This document shows, in pieces, positions 19,262-28,329 of a stretch of 64,000 bases of DNA. This DNA comes from a virus. Location of the stretch: IMG/VR virus record IMGVR_UViG_3300025418_000694, positions 1 to 64,000 of that record, one strand, 5' to 3'. Position numbers and translations under genes: made by a program. The notes under the pieces are model-generated. The model saw nothing but the letters and a program-made list of their open reading frames with translations. It made no database searches and was not told where the DNA came from. How positions within the stretch are numbered: the first letter of the stretch is position 1; every line of letters begins with the position of its first letter.

Positions 19262-20974
19262 TTATTTTTGGTAGTCCTCTGGAACTCTGCGTTGAGGCAG
19301 TTGTGTTCCGTAGGCTTCCGTTACTAGACGAGTACGGACCTTTTGATCGCCAACTTGGGCGGCAACGGTTGCATCATCTAGCAATACTGGTTCTGTAGGT
19401 GCTGGAGCCATCTGATCTATAGGCTTTCCTGGAGTTGAAGTTCCTCCTGGGCCTTGCTCTACAGGGGTAGTTCCTGTAAGCGCCATGATGTCTTGCTCGA
19501 TTTGAGTTTGAATAAGTTTGAGGGCTCCATCTGCCATAGCTTCATCTTGAAGTTCTTGACGGATTTCTGTGAGCTTTTCCTGTGGGAATTCTTCGCCCAA
19601 TATACGCAAAGCTCCTTCTTTGGACTCAAGTCCAAGAGAAAGCATGGATTGAACTTCGTTGATGGCAATTAGCTTGTCAAGAGGAAGTGGCATTGGGAAG
19701 TGGATATATGAACGGAAAGTCAATGGGTCATTAAGGTCTAGTTCAGATACTTGTCCTGGCTTTAGCGGAACTGTGCTTGCGTTAGGGTCCCACTTAAATG
19801 TCTCTGGCTCTTTAAGGGCTAGGTTAAGAAGAACTAATTCATTAACGCGCTGTAGTCCATAAGCGTACTGAACAATCTTTTGGTGGTAACGGTTCATCAA
19901 AGGCTGGAATTGAATAGAGAGAGCAACGCCTGATGTGTTAGAGATAGGCTGTGCTTGTCCCAAAGCAGTTTCTGGAACACCGATCATTTCGTGCATTGAC
20001 TTCTTCATCATTGCAAGGAACTCCATAGCTCCTTTAAGACCTTGTGCTCCGCCTTCTAGATTCTCTACTCGTGCGTCTTTTGGAAGCCCACCCCAGACTT
20101 TGTTAGCGCCCTTTTCAAGCTGAGAAGCTTTTGCACCGATGATAACTGTGACTGGGGCGGCGTGATAGTTAACAATGTCAGCAATATCCGTAGCGGTTTC
20201 GTTGTAAGCGCGGTTAATATTGATAATGTCATTGCAATCAGAAAGACCCCAAGGGCTACCACTAATACGAACGTTTGGTATGTGTACCACAGGAATAGTG
20301 CCAAGCGGGTTTGGGCGCGAGTCAATGAGTTCGTCATTGATGTACTCCTCAATAATGTCGTCGGTAAGGATTTCTGTATAAGTAAATACCTGACGAGTAC
20401 CTTCTAGTGATGTGCCCCAGAAACGATACTTAAGCTTGAAACGGATAAGACGTTCGCGGTCATGTGGATGGAACTCAGGAAAAGCAAAAGAAGAATTGAG
20501 AGGAAGTATACGAACGCGTCCTGGATGTAAACGGCCTGCTGGATCTGTATAGGCCTCTTCGTAAGCAACTTTGATAAAGCAGTCACCAGATACAGTTCCT
20601 TGTTGACCTATTTCCCAAAGTACAGTTGCTTTGTTGTTATCTACTTCCCACACTCGCTCTAAGAGGTCTGGGACAATAGCCTCAGTCTCTTTAGGGCTAC
20701 GAAAGTTAACGCCTTTACCAAATGTAAAGTTAATAATAAAATCTGAGAAAGCACGGTAATAGTTAAGTACCATTTGGGTTTCGCCTGTTTGACGGCGATA
20801 AGACCAGTGATGGCCTAGATACATTGCCCAGTTAAGTGAGTAACGGTTTAGTCTTGGACCGTGTACTTCGAATTCTTCATCAGCTAGCTCAACAAGTCCC
20901 AGTGGGGAAATGGAGATGGTTAGGTCAGATGAGGCTGCACGATAACTCGGTGGGGAGAAATCCATACCGCTCAC
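19262..20974 (-). CDS. Portal protein (SPP1 gp6-like)
   Basis: 570 aa; GTIPVVHIPN...GLSD, NTSGVALSIQF motifs; synteny. Confidence 0.88.
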   Translation of the reverse strand: MSGMDFSPPSYRAASSDLTISISPLGLVELADEEFEVHGPRLNRYSLNWAMYLGHHWSYRRQTGETQMVLNYYRAFSDFIINFTFGKGVNFRSPKETEAIVPDLLERVWEVDNNKATVLWEIGQQGTVSGDCFIKVAYEEAYTDPAGRLHPGRVRILPLNSSFAFPEFHPHDRERLIRFKLKYRFWGTSLEGTRQVFTYTEILTDDIIEEYINDELIDSRPNPLGTIPVVHIPNVRISGSPWGLSDCNDIININRAYNETATDIADIVNYHAAPVTVIIGAKASQLEKGANKVWGGLPKDARVENLEGGAQGLKGAMEFLAMMKKSMHEMIGVPETALGQAQPISNTSGVALSIQFQPLMNRYHQKIVQYAYGLQRVNELVLLNLALKEPETFKWDPNASTVPLKPGQVSELDLNDPLTFRSYIHFPMPLPLDKLIAINEVQSMLSLGLESKEGALRILGEEFPQEKLTEIRQELQDEAMADGALKLIQTQIEQDIMALTGTTPVEQGPGGTSTPGKPIDQMAPAPTEPVLLDDATVAAQVGDQKVRTRLVTEAYGTQLPQRRVPEDYQK

Positions 20975-21037
20975 AAATCACCTCTTTCAAATCTGGACAA
21001 TCTTAGCATAAATGTCAATAAAGGTATAAATCGACAA

Positions 21038-21346
21038 TTAGCGGAAACGTTCACCTCGGATGAGGTTAGGGCCTACTGACTTGGTAACTTTTTTCTTTTG
21101 AGCTTCTTCTTTTTTCTTTTGAGCTTCAGCGGCATAATCACGGAAACGTGGGTCTACTTCTTTTTCAGAAGTTACGAACTTTCCACCCAATTGAACGTAT
21201 CTAGAGTGGACCCAGTGGGCAGCAGCAGGGGAAGGATATGTGCGAAATTTTGAACGTGCTTGAGTTGTAAGCATGTTCCAAAGCTTTTGATTAGCAGGGA
21301 TTTGCTTAGGACCCTTTTTTACTTCTTTGCCTGTGATTAGCGCCAT
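21038..21346 (-). CDS. Basic hypothetical protein
   Basis: ARSKFRTYPSPAA..WV...Y...GG motif; RBS present. Confidence 0.7.
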   Translation of the reverse strand: MALITGKEVKKGPKQIPANQKLWNMLTTQARSKFRTYPSPAAAHWVHSRYVQLGGKFVTSEKEVDPRFRDYAAEAQKKKEEAQKKKVTKSVGPNLIRGERFR

Positions 21347-21412
21347 TGTAATTTCCTATAGGAAAGCGCCCCTGCTAGCACGTGGATAGCAGGGACGAAT
21401 TAACCTATTTAA

Positions 21413-21811
21413 TTAGTCGTGGACTACTGAAGGGTTAGCGGCTTTTTGTGGAGCACCGTTACGTGTAACTTCTTCGATACGGTTATCTCCATGATCAGCA
21501 AAACCACCTGCAGAGAATTCCTTTAGGTGATCTGGTGCTTCTACCCAAGCTGCAGAACCAACGTGTGCGCGTTCACGCATTGTCTCTTCTGGAAGCTTTT
21601 CAAATACGTTCACGTTACGGTTTGGACGACCTGCTGCAGGTGTGTAACCTTGCATAGCGCCCTTTGTGAACTCTTGTGGGACGTCTGTATCTGTAGCAAT
21701 ACCTTCTTCAAAACGAAGTGGGCCACGTTGGCCAGGAGTTGCTGGAGATACCTTACGATCATAAACAGTTCCTGATTTTTCTGGGAACTTTGGGTCTGGT
21801 GCAATTGCCAT
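21413..21811 (-). CDS. Hypothetical virion-associated protein
   Basis: ORF with AGGAG RBS and a downstream hairpin. Confidence 0.7.
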   Translation of the reverse strand: MAIAPDPKFPEKSGTVYDRKVSPATPGQRGPLRFEEGIATDTDVPQEFTKGAMQGYTPAAGRPNRNVNVFEKLPEETMRERAHVGSAAWVEAPDHLKEFSAGGFADHGDNRIEEVTRNGAPQKAANPSVVHD

Positions 21812-21886
21812 TGTTTTACTCCTATATTAGGTTGAGGACCTCAGTAAAAGTGTGCTACAGAAAGGCGTTACAGTCAGCCTAAAGTC

Positions 21887-23473
21887 TTAACGGAAAAATG
21901 GAGAGGACGACACTTCTATCTGAGGCATGGTTAGTTCTAGCGTTAGAGAGCATGCTATGGCTAGAGAGTCTGCATAGTCATCGTGGGCATGAGCCTCATC
22001 AGGGGCTTTGGCTAAAAAGTTTGGCCCAGTAAACTTGGTTTCCAAATCTTCTAACTGTTGCCTAAAACGACGATAACTACGAAGCTTTCTAGTTTTAGCG
22101 TGGGCAGGCCAGCTAATTAACTCTCTGTCAATAAGAGCCTTTAAGTGCTTCCAACGTTTAGATTGTTCAGGCTGACTGCTTCCTACAGCAATAACTTCTG
22201 CTCTAGGGATAAGAAGCTTTAAGCGCTGGGCAACTGCGTCACCCACACCATTAGCGTCTACCCCAACATACATAACGTTATAGTTTTCAAGGAACTTAGT
22301 GATTTGGAAGTACTGGTCTTCCCAGTCATCTCCTTGAAGCTCCAACCAATTAAGAACTCTGTGGTCGTAGTAACCAAACTCATCTGGACGGTCCCAGTCT
22401 ACCCACACCACAGTTACTACAGTTGAGTCAATCTTACGTGCTGGGTCAATCCCTACAACTACAGGGGTTCTATGCCAAGCACGAACAATTTCCATAGAGG
22501 TATCGCCCAGCTTATCCATTGCAGTAGAGGTTACAAACATTCCTCTTTCTAGCAACCATTTGCAGTTATACGACATTTGGAACTCGTCTGAGTCTTCTCC
22601 AATGCGTAGCTTTTCACGCTTGATATGCTTCTCATAGTTAGCGTTAACTTTAATAACGTCACGCCAAGTCCACTCAAAGTGATTTTGTCGCCTGCTCTTA
22701 CTAGTCTGACGTCGTTTATTTAGTTGAATGCTGTTGTAAAAGTTATTTTTGTGTGTTGTTGGAGTCCCTGTTTTAACCATAGTTCCAGCGTAGTAAGCCA
22801 ACATAGGAGCAATAGATTTAGATACTACAAAGTCATCTGCCTCTTGGCACTCATCAATAACAATAAGATGGAAGGACTTAGATTCAATTTTAGCTCTAGG
22901 GTTAGCTGTCATCATCATTAGAGATGAGCCAGAATTCTTTAATTTAATTTGACGGGTTACTCCCGCAACTCTGCCTACGCTGTCATCAATCTCAGGGTCA
23001 CCAAGGATTTCAAGTGCTCGCTCGCTAGTAAGGCGGTTTACTGTACGACCAAATAGGGTTTCTACCTGACCTTCAACTGGAGCAAACATACCGATCATAA
23101 TGCCATCTTTAAATTTACCGAGAAGGTCTGGGTACATCTTTGCTAAACGTGGTAGTAGAACCATCAAAGTTGCAATGGTATTAGCAATAGTCTCTGACTT
23201 ACCCGACTGACGGGCTGCCAGAGCTGTTATCTCTTCACTATCGTTAATAATTATAGACTCAATAATGCGTCTAGCCAAAGGCATTTGATATGGGTGAAGT
23301 TCGTGACCTACAAGAGCGGTTTGAAATTCTACGCAACGGTCTACTAGATTTTTGACAAACTCCTTGGAGAGTTCATCCAGCCCGTCGTCGTCTTCGCCTT
23401 CTTCAATTTCAGGCTCTTCGTCCTCAAGTTCATCTGGATAGAACTCGTCTTCTTCGTCGATTAATTGTTCCAT
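21887..23473 (-). CDS. terL: Terminase large subunit
   Basis: Walker A ARQSGKS, Walker B IVIDE, TGTP motif III, GIDPAR, DANGVG and HDDYADS nuclease motifs. Confidence 0.93.
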   Translation of the reverse strand: MEQLIDEEDEFYPDELEDEEPEIEEGEDDDGLDELSKEFVKNLVDRCVEFQTALVGHELHPYQMPLARRIIESIIINDSEEITALAARQSGKSETIANTIATLMVLLPRLAKMYPDLLGKFKDGIMIGMFAPVEGQVETLFGRTVNRLTSERALEILGDPEIDDSVGRVAGVTRQIKLKNSGSSLMMMTANPRAKIESKSFHLIVIDECQEADDFVVSKSIAPMLAYYAGTMVKTGTPTTHKNNFYNSIQLNKRRQTSKSRRQNHFEWTWRDVIKVNANYEKHIKREKLRIGEDSDEFQMSYNCKWLLERGMFVTSTAMDKLGDTSMEIVRAWHRTPVVVGIDPARKIDSTVVTVVWVDWDRPDEFGYYDHRVLNWLELQGDDWEDQYFQITKFLENYNVMYVGVDANGVGDAVAQRLKLLIPRAEVIAVGSSQPEQSKRWKHLKALIDRELISWPAHAKTRKLRSYRRFRQQLEDLETKFTGPNFLAKAPDEAHAHDDYADSLAIACSLTLELTMPQIEVSSSPFFR

Positions 23474-23491
23474 ATACGCCTAGTCTATTTT

Positions 23492-23562
23492 AAAAAAAAG
23501 AGCCTAAGTAGTTAAACCTAGGCTCTTATGCCATCTACGGGGAGAGGAAGAGAGGCGTAGAC
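23492..23562 (-). ncRNA. Candidate ~70-nt sRNA with a CU-rich loop and intrinsic terminator
   Basis: Minus strand GTCTACG-CCTCTCTTCCTCTCCC-CGTAGAT then AAGAGCCTAGG/CTTAGGCTCTT-T6. Confidence 0.45.
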
Positions 23563-23563
23563 A

Positions 23564-23593
23564 ATTCTAGCAGAAATGTCTATTTATCGACAA
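23564..23593 (-). promoter_or_regulatory. SigA-type promoter TTGTCG-N18-TAGAAT with extended -10 TGn
   Basis: Read directly on the minus strand. Confidence 0.55.
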
Positions 23594-23596
23594 ATC

Positions 23597-23860
23597 CTAA
23601 GAACGTCTTGGAGTTCTGTTTCTAAGAGAGTCGAGCATTGCATGGGCGGCCTCTGAGCCCAGTAAAGCTTCATCTAAATACATGTCGTCTCTAGTCCTTT
23701 GGTACATAGATAAACATCTACCAATTTCATAAAGTGATTGATCTACCCAGCTTTCAATCTCAGCTGTTTGCAGTCTAGATACTCGTTTAGCCACCTTTTC
23801 AGAGAAAGGTTTGTCCCACGGCTTTTTATTCTTGGAAAAAAGCTTCATCAAATAATCCAT
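23597..23860 (-). CDS. Hypothetical protein
   Basis: Coupled ORF in the operon. Confidence 0.6.
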   Translation of the reverse strand: MDYLMKLFSKNKKPWDKPFSEKVAKRVSRLQTAEIESWVDQSLYEIGRCLSMYQRTRDDMYLDEALLGSEAAHAMLDSLRNRTPRRS

Positions 23861-24125
23861 CTTGTGGTCTCCAGGCGTCTCTGCCTTTCATTGCTCGGTA
23901 TAGAAGTGCATCTATTGAGTCTTCATCATCTAAATCTATATTAGGCTTTTTAAACCATAAACCAAAGTAAAAGCCTGGGTGGGTAAAGGGAATGCGGAGT
24001 ACTAGGCACTTACCTAATCTGTAAGGAGACTCTGTCTCTTGGGTAGTGCCGATCTCTACAATAGGCAATAGGTCTCTATGCCAATACTGTAGTTTTCCGC
24101 CGTATAGTGGTCCGTATGATTTCAT
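23826..24125 (-). CDS. Hypothetical protein
   Basis: Coupled ORF (TGATG overlap). Confidence 0.65.
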   Translation of the reverse strand: MKSYGPLYGGKLQYWHRDLLPIVEIGTTQETESPYRLGKCLVLRIPFTHPGFYFGLWFKKPNIDLDDEDSIDALLYRAMKGRDAWRPQDGLFDEAFFQE

Positions 24126-24568
24126 CAGTCAAATAGTACACTAATTTCCTGAGGGAACTGATTCTTGCCTACTTTCCTGTACCCAGCAGAGTCTAGCCCA
24201 GAGTCCTTCATATACTTACCAGTAGAGTCGGTAACCTTTAAGTCCTGCCAGATTTCAATAGGGATATTAGAGTATTCGCAAATGGTCTTATCTCTAAACT
24301 GGACTAGAAGAGTCTCAGTATCCTTCATGTAAGCCAGATTTAAAGCCCTAGGCCTTGCTGCGTTAGTGGTAGGTGCGGCTCTACGCTCAACAGGTTGGGC
24401 AAACTCAATTCCATATTTATCTTCAACGCTCTTATATTTATCCTCTAAATAGGTTGAATTAGTCTTGTCAGCCATGCCAAATACAAGGTTAGTTTTTATA
24501 TCACCTTCGCGCTCTACTTGCTTTTGGCGCTGTTGGTAGTAGTGAAACCCTCTTTGTCTGCCAGCCAT
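24125..24568 (-). CDS. KTSC-domain protein
   Basis: LAY..ETLLVQFRD..CEYSNIP..W..L...STGKY. Confidence 0.7.
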   Translation of the reverse strand: MAGRQRGFHYYQQRQKQVEREGDIKTNLVFGMADKTNSTYLEDKYKSVEDKYGIEFAQPVERRAAPTTNAARPRALNLAYMKDTETLLVQFRDKTICEYSNIPIEIWQDLKVTDSTGKYMKDSGLDSAGYRKVGKNQFPQEISVLFD

Positions 24569-24831
24569 TATTCCTCACAAACGTGAAGCTCAGTCTCTGT
24601 CTCTAATACTCTTGCCAAACAGACTTTGCATCTTAAATACTTAGGCGGTCTAAAATTATTCTGAGCAGTAGCGCCTGGCAAGAAGTCTGCGCCATCCTCT
24701 GATAAAGCAGGAGTGTAGTCATAGATAATTTCAGGGTCTTGAAGAACCTCTGGTGGGAAAGGCCCCAAGGTCATAACTTCGTGATCAGGAACTGGATGAG
24801 CTTGAATAGCTCTTTTATTTACTATCTTCAC
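24568..24831 (-). CDS. Hypothetical protein with C-terminal Zn site (CxxC...HxC)
   Basis: Coupled ORF. Confidence 0.6.
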   Translation of the reverse strand: MKIVNKRAIQAHPVPDHEVMTLGPFPPEVLQDPEIIYDYTPALSEDGADFLPGATAQNNFRPPKYLRCKVCLARVLETETELHVCEE

Positions 24832-25087
24832 TCTTAGTCGTCTCTGTTGTAGGTACAGCAGTCGACTTCACAGAAGTTTTCTTCTTTGCAAGTTTGTTTA
24901 CTTCTTCTTTAACCGCTTCAACAGTAGCCTCTGTCTCTTTAGCAATAGGTGCCATTAGAGGGAAGTGACCAGCGTTAGCTCTGTCATGTAACCAATGAGG
25001 GAGGCACTTTGTGCAATAGTTAGCAGGGTTAACTCCTGGGTCAGCATGTGTGTAAGACGCTTCGTTAGAACAATTATCGCACTTCAT
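24815..25087 (-). CDS. Zn-finger hypothetical protein
   Basis: MKCDNC...YCTKC; AGGAGG RBS before 25087. Confidence 0.65.
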   Translation of the reverse strand: MKCDNCSNEASYTHADPGVNPANYCTKCLPHWLHDRANAGHFPLMAPIAKETEATVEAVKEEVNKLAKKKTSVKSTAVPTTETTKSEDSK

Positions 25088-25157
25088 AAGTCCTCCTAGA
25101 TAATGCCCTAGTATAGCAAAAAGGGCGCCCAATAGAGCGCCCTTAGTGTTTTAATAC

Positions 25158-25337
25158 TTACTTAGCTGGCTTTGAAGCGTGGTCAATAGCGCCCTTAAGG
25201 ACTGGACCAAGGACACCAACAAGAGCAGCCCATGCAACCTTCTTAAGGTCGTGGTTTCCTGTTTGCCAGATTGCTACGCCTGCAGCAGCAGTTGCGTACA
25301 CATAGTGCTCGACAAGAGACTTTGTCTTTGCATTCAT
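25158..25337 (-). CDS. Small 2-TM holin-like protein (59 aa)
   Basis: Own translation MNAKTKSLVEHYVYATAAAGVAIWQTGNHDLKKVAWAALVGVLGPVLKGAIDHASKPAK; GAGGAG RBS. Confidence 0.6.
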   Translation of the reverse strand: MNAKTKSLVEHYVYATAAAGVAIWQTGNHDLKKVAWAALVGVLGPVLKGAIDHASKPAK

Positions 25338-25340
25338 TTA

Positions 25341-25568
25341 TTACTCCTCTATATTGTTAACATATGGGGTTACGATATGAGAATCTGCCTGAACGTTTGG
25401 TTTAGATGAATCCTCACTGTGAGATGCTACACCCGCTACGGCAGCAGCCGCAACTGCAGCAAGATGCTTAGGATCAGTAGAGTAACCCGTAGCAGCCCAG
25501 GTCCCCATAGCGGCTGTACCTGAAATAGCTACGTGTACTGGATTGGTGACGTTAAGCTTTATTCCCAC
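25341..25568 (-). CDS. Small membrane/holin-like protein
   Basis: Two Ala-rich hydrophobic segments, in the lysis cassette. Confidence 0.55.
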   Translation of the reverse strand: MGIKLNVTNPVHVAISGTAAMGTWAATGYSTDPKHLAAVAAAAVAGVASHSEDSSKPNVQADSHIVTPYVNNIEE

Positions 25569-25878
25569 GTATATGCTCCAAAATCTCTTTTATATGGCGC
25601 CTAACCTCTTCAATGTGGTTATGGGTCTCTTGGTCCAATTTAAGGTCTTTAGTAATAATACGCCTGTCCTCATTGCCTGAACGGTTAGTTGCGTTTAAAA
25701 GTAGACCAGAAAGCAAGATGGACTCTAGTGAAACAGTAAGGGTTAGAAGATTAAATGGGTATGGGTCAAAGATAGCAAAAGCCATCCAAAGAGACCAGAA
25801 AATAATATGTATGATTAAGAACCAAGGGGAGCCAAAAGCAGTAGATGCCCAGTCAGACATCTTTTGAAAGTACTTCAC
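25552..25878 (-). CDS. DUF1003-like membrane protein
   Basis: FGSPWF..H..FW..W...FDPYPFNLLTL.VSLE motif. Confidence 0.8.
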   Translation of the reverse strand: MKYFQKMSDWASTAFGSPWFLIIHIIFWSLWMAFAIFDPYPFNLLTLTVSLESILLSGLLLNATNRSGNEDRRIITKDLKLDQETHNHIEEVRRHIKEILEHIRGNKA

Positions 25879-26732
25879 TTACCAGCCTCTTTAATCATAG
25901 AAGAGTAGGTTGCAGCATCTAAACCTTTTGCTCCCTTAATCTTAAACTTATTTTGGTAAACAGGAACTAGCGCCAAGTCTTCAGCGGTTAATGTGCCCGT
26001 AACTAGTTGGCTTGGTAGAAGTCCAGCTTTTTCTAGAGCCCTTTCTACAATCATGGCTGCTTGATTCTTATAGCCAGCTTTAAATGCAGATGTTCCAGGA
26101 AAAGGTGGAGCAACAATTACTGTAGGTGGCTTTGTTTGTGTTGGGCCTGAGTTATTGTGGAGAACAGCGGCTCCGCCACCTGTAAGGGCTGTAGCACCCG
26201 CAACACCTGTTGCAAGTGTTTTATTTGTTCCTACGGATTTAGCAGGAGTAGAACTGCCAGAGTAATTAGGACGGCATATAGCCATTACGTATAGATATGG
26301 TCTGTGCCTTAGGTAAACACCGTTACCGTTTGCTTGAGAGGCAGTTAGAGCATGGTCAGGGCTAGTATTACCGCCAATAGTTGTTATGCCGTCTTTAGAG
26401 GCACCAACAATAATCTCAACATGGTCAGGTTGACCATGGCCAGCAAAACTGTAAAAGACTATATCTCCTGGTAGACCGTCATATTTACCTACCACTTGTT
26501 TATTTTTTTGAAACCAAGCTAGACCATCTGGGCAGTAAGAAAAACCTTTTTGTGTTTGAGCTGCAACAAGGTGGGCAGCGTTAGCTTGGGCAAAACACCA
26601 GGAAACGAACATGGCGCAGTAAGGCTGGTTGTTTACCCCGTACCAAGCCCCGTATATGTTGTCGTTGTTAGGGCCTTCAACAAAACCTACTTGCTTTTGG
26701 GCAATGTTTACAATATCTAATCCTGCTGTCAC
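25875..26732 (-). CDS. Endolysin, CHAP domain plus peptidoglycan-binding-like C-terminus
   Basis: QPYCAMFVSW, PGDIVFY, DHVEI, GGNTS catalytic motifs. Confidence 0.88.
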   Translation of the reverse strand: MTAGLDIVNIAQKQVGFVEGPNNDNIYGAWYGVNNQPYCAMFVSWCFAQANAAHLVAAQTQKGFSYCPDGLAWFQKNKQVVGKYDGLPGDIVFYSFAGHGQPDHVEIIVGASKDGITTIGGNTSPDHALTASQANGNGVYLRHRPYLYVMAICRPNYSGSSTPAKSVGTNKTLATGVAGATALTGGGAAVLHNNSGPTQTKPPTVIVAPPFPGTSAFKAGYKNQAAMIVERALEKAGLLPSQLVTGTLTAEDLALVPVYQNKFKIKGAKGLDAATYSSMIKEAGK

Positions 26733-27208
26733 TGGTAAATAAGCCTCTCAGCTAAATCTCCTGGAACTACTAGGTAGTCGGGTTTATCTACCAAAGTCAC
26801 TCCTGCTTTAAGGTAACAGGCTTGAACTAGTTCAGAGCATATAAATCCATCTTTAGCTGCAATCCTCTTTAGCAGTGGCAGGTTAGCCAGTATCTTTAGC
26901 CCAAGTATACGAAAGGTTAGAAGGGCTATAGTAAAAAACCCGTAGTGCTCACCAATAGCGTCTACAGCAGAATTAACAATAGTTTCTCTTTGTTTTTCAG
27001 TTAGCCGCTCATGCTTGTTCCAAGCAATATCTTTATAGTTAGCTGTTGGGCTTGGTTTTACTCCAGTAGGATCGGCACCAATAATAAAGTCTTTATCTAT
27101 ATAAATAAAGCAGTGATTCCAACGAGAGAAGGTGCCTAAGCGTATTAGAAAGCCAAAGAAGCCATTGGTCTTAACTACCCCATAATCTCCTGGTCTAGGC
27201 TTATACAT
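26729..27208 (-). CDS. Permuted papain-like NlpC/P60 (YiiX/YebB-like) enzyme
   Basis: RPGD, SRWNH, ICSELV permuted His...Cys order. Confidence 0.8.
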   Translation of the reverse strand: MYKPRPGDYGVVKTNGFFGFLIRLGTFSRWNHCFIYIDKDFIIGADPTGVKPSPTANYKDIAWNKHERLTEKQRETIVNSAVDAIGEHYGFFTIALLTFRILGLKILANLPLLKRIAAKDGFICSELVQACYLKAGVTLVDKPDYLVVPGDLAERLIYQ

Positions 27209-27212
27209 ACTC

Positions 27213-27554
27213 TTATTGGCGCTCTTCAATATGAGATTGAACTCTTCCCTCTAATCTAGAAAGGTCTTTAACAATCTCAATTTGATTGACGCGTAACTCC
27301 TTTACATCTGTCTTGACTTCGCTGACGTCCTCTTTTAACTCTTTGACAATAGGAAGAATCTGCAGTTTAATAGCGTCGTTAATTGAACTGCCGTGATTAG
27401 GGCGAAGCTCTTCTAAGCTTGGGCGAATCTCATCCAGGTATTCTTTAAGAGCTTCTGTTGAATGCTGCTTTACATACCATCTAGCGATACCTGTTAGGGC
27501 ACCTGCTATAAAAAGGGAGGAAGATATCGTTGCAGTGATTGTGGCTAAATCCAT
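27213..27554 (-). CDS. Single-TM coiled-coil lysis-associated protein
   Basis: N-terminal TM; ELRPNHGSSINDAI motif common near actinophage lysins. Confidence 0.7.
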   Translation of the reverse strand: MDLATITATISSSLFIAGALTGIARWYVKQHSTEALKEYLDEIRPSLEELRPNHGSSINDAIKLQILPIVKELKEDVSEVKTDVKELRVNQIEIVKDLSRLEGRVQSHIEERQ

Positions 27555-27770
27555 TAGGAATCCAGTTCTTTATAGTAGATTAGACTAGATGCACGAATGT
27601 TGTCCAGAGAATTTGCACAAAAATGAACGATTTGTATAGTTTTACATATAAATACATAAATTTCTGCCTCAAACACACCCTCTTAACTTGACATGGCCTG
27701 TATCTCTGGTGTTTTATAGAGTATGAGAGAACCAGTAATGGTTCTTTTTTGTTTACTGAGAGGAGCAGCA

Positions 27771-28280
27771 ATGCTTAATATCAGAATCAATATGGCAATT
27801 GATTTGAAGAAAGTCGCAGTAGTAGTGACAAGCTGGTTCATCGTTTTTGGACAATTGTTCACCCCAGCTCAAGCGCTACCTGCAGCAAAAGAAAAGGTAG
27901 TAAAAGTTGCGCTTACGTACTTGACCGTGATTACTACTAAAACTGAAGCCAAGGAGGCTTTAAATAGCAAGTACGCAAAATACTTTGACCCAGAATCCTT
28001 AGCGTTCCTCACGTTGTACGCTAAAGGGGTTCCAATGGCCGAATGGAAGTGTTTAAGAGCTCTATGGCAGAGTGAGTCCCACTTTAACCCTAAAGCCCTT
28101 AATATGAGCTCCAAGGCCTTTGGAATAGCCCAATTCTTGCCTTCTACGTGGGATAACTATAAGGTCACAAAAACACCTAACGCCCTACTACAGATTAAGT
28201 ATGGGTTGCGTTATATTAAAGTTAGATACGGAACTGCTTGCCAAGCACAGGCCTTTCATATGGCTCACGGCTGGTATTAA
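27771..28280 (+). CDS. Secreted lytic transglycosylase (SLT, Rpf-like)
   Basis: LWQSESHFNPKA, AFGIAQFL, QIKYGLRYIKVRYG..C.A..H..GWY; signal/TM; AGGAG RBS; TTGACA at 27688. Confidence 0.88.
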   Translation: MLNIRINMAIDLKKVAVVVTSWFIVFGQLFTPAQALPAAKEKVVKVALTYLTVITTKTEAKEALNSKYAKYFDPESLAFLTLYAKGVPMAEWKCLRALWQSESHFNPKALNMSSKAFGIAQFLPSTWDNYKVTKTPNALLQIKYGLRYIKVRYGTACQAQAFHMAHGWY

Positions 28281-28288
28281 AGAGTAAT

Positions 28289-28320
28289 AAAAAAGCCCCC
28301 GAGTGATCGGGGGCTTCTTT
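28289..28320. terminator. Bidirectional intrinsic terminator
   Basis: A-tract, AAGCCCCCGA/TCGGGGGCTT stem, T-tract, between convergent genes. Confidence 0.85.
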
Positions 28321-28329
28321 ATTTGGTAA

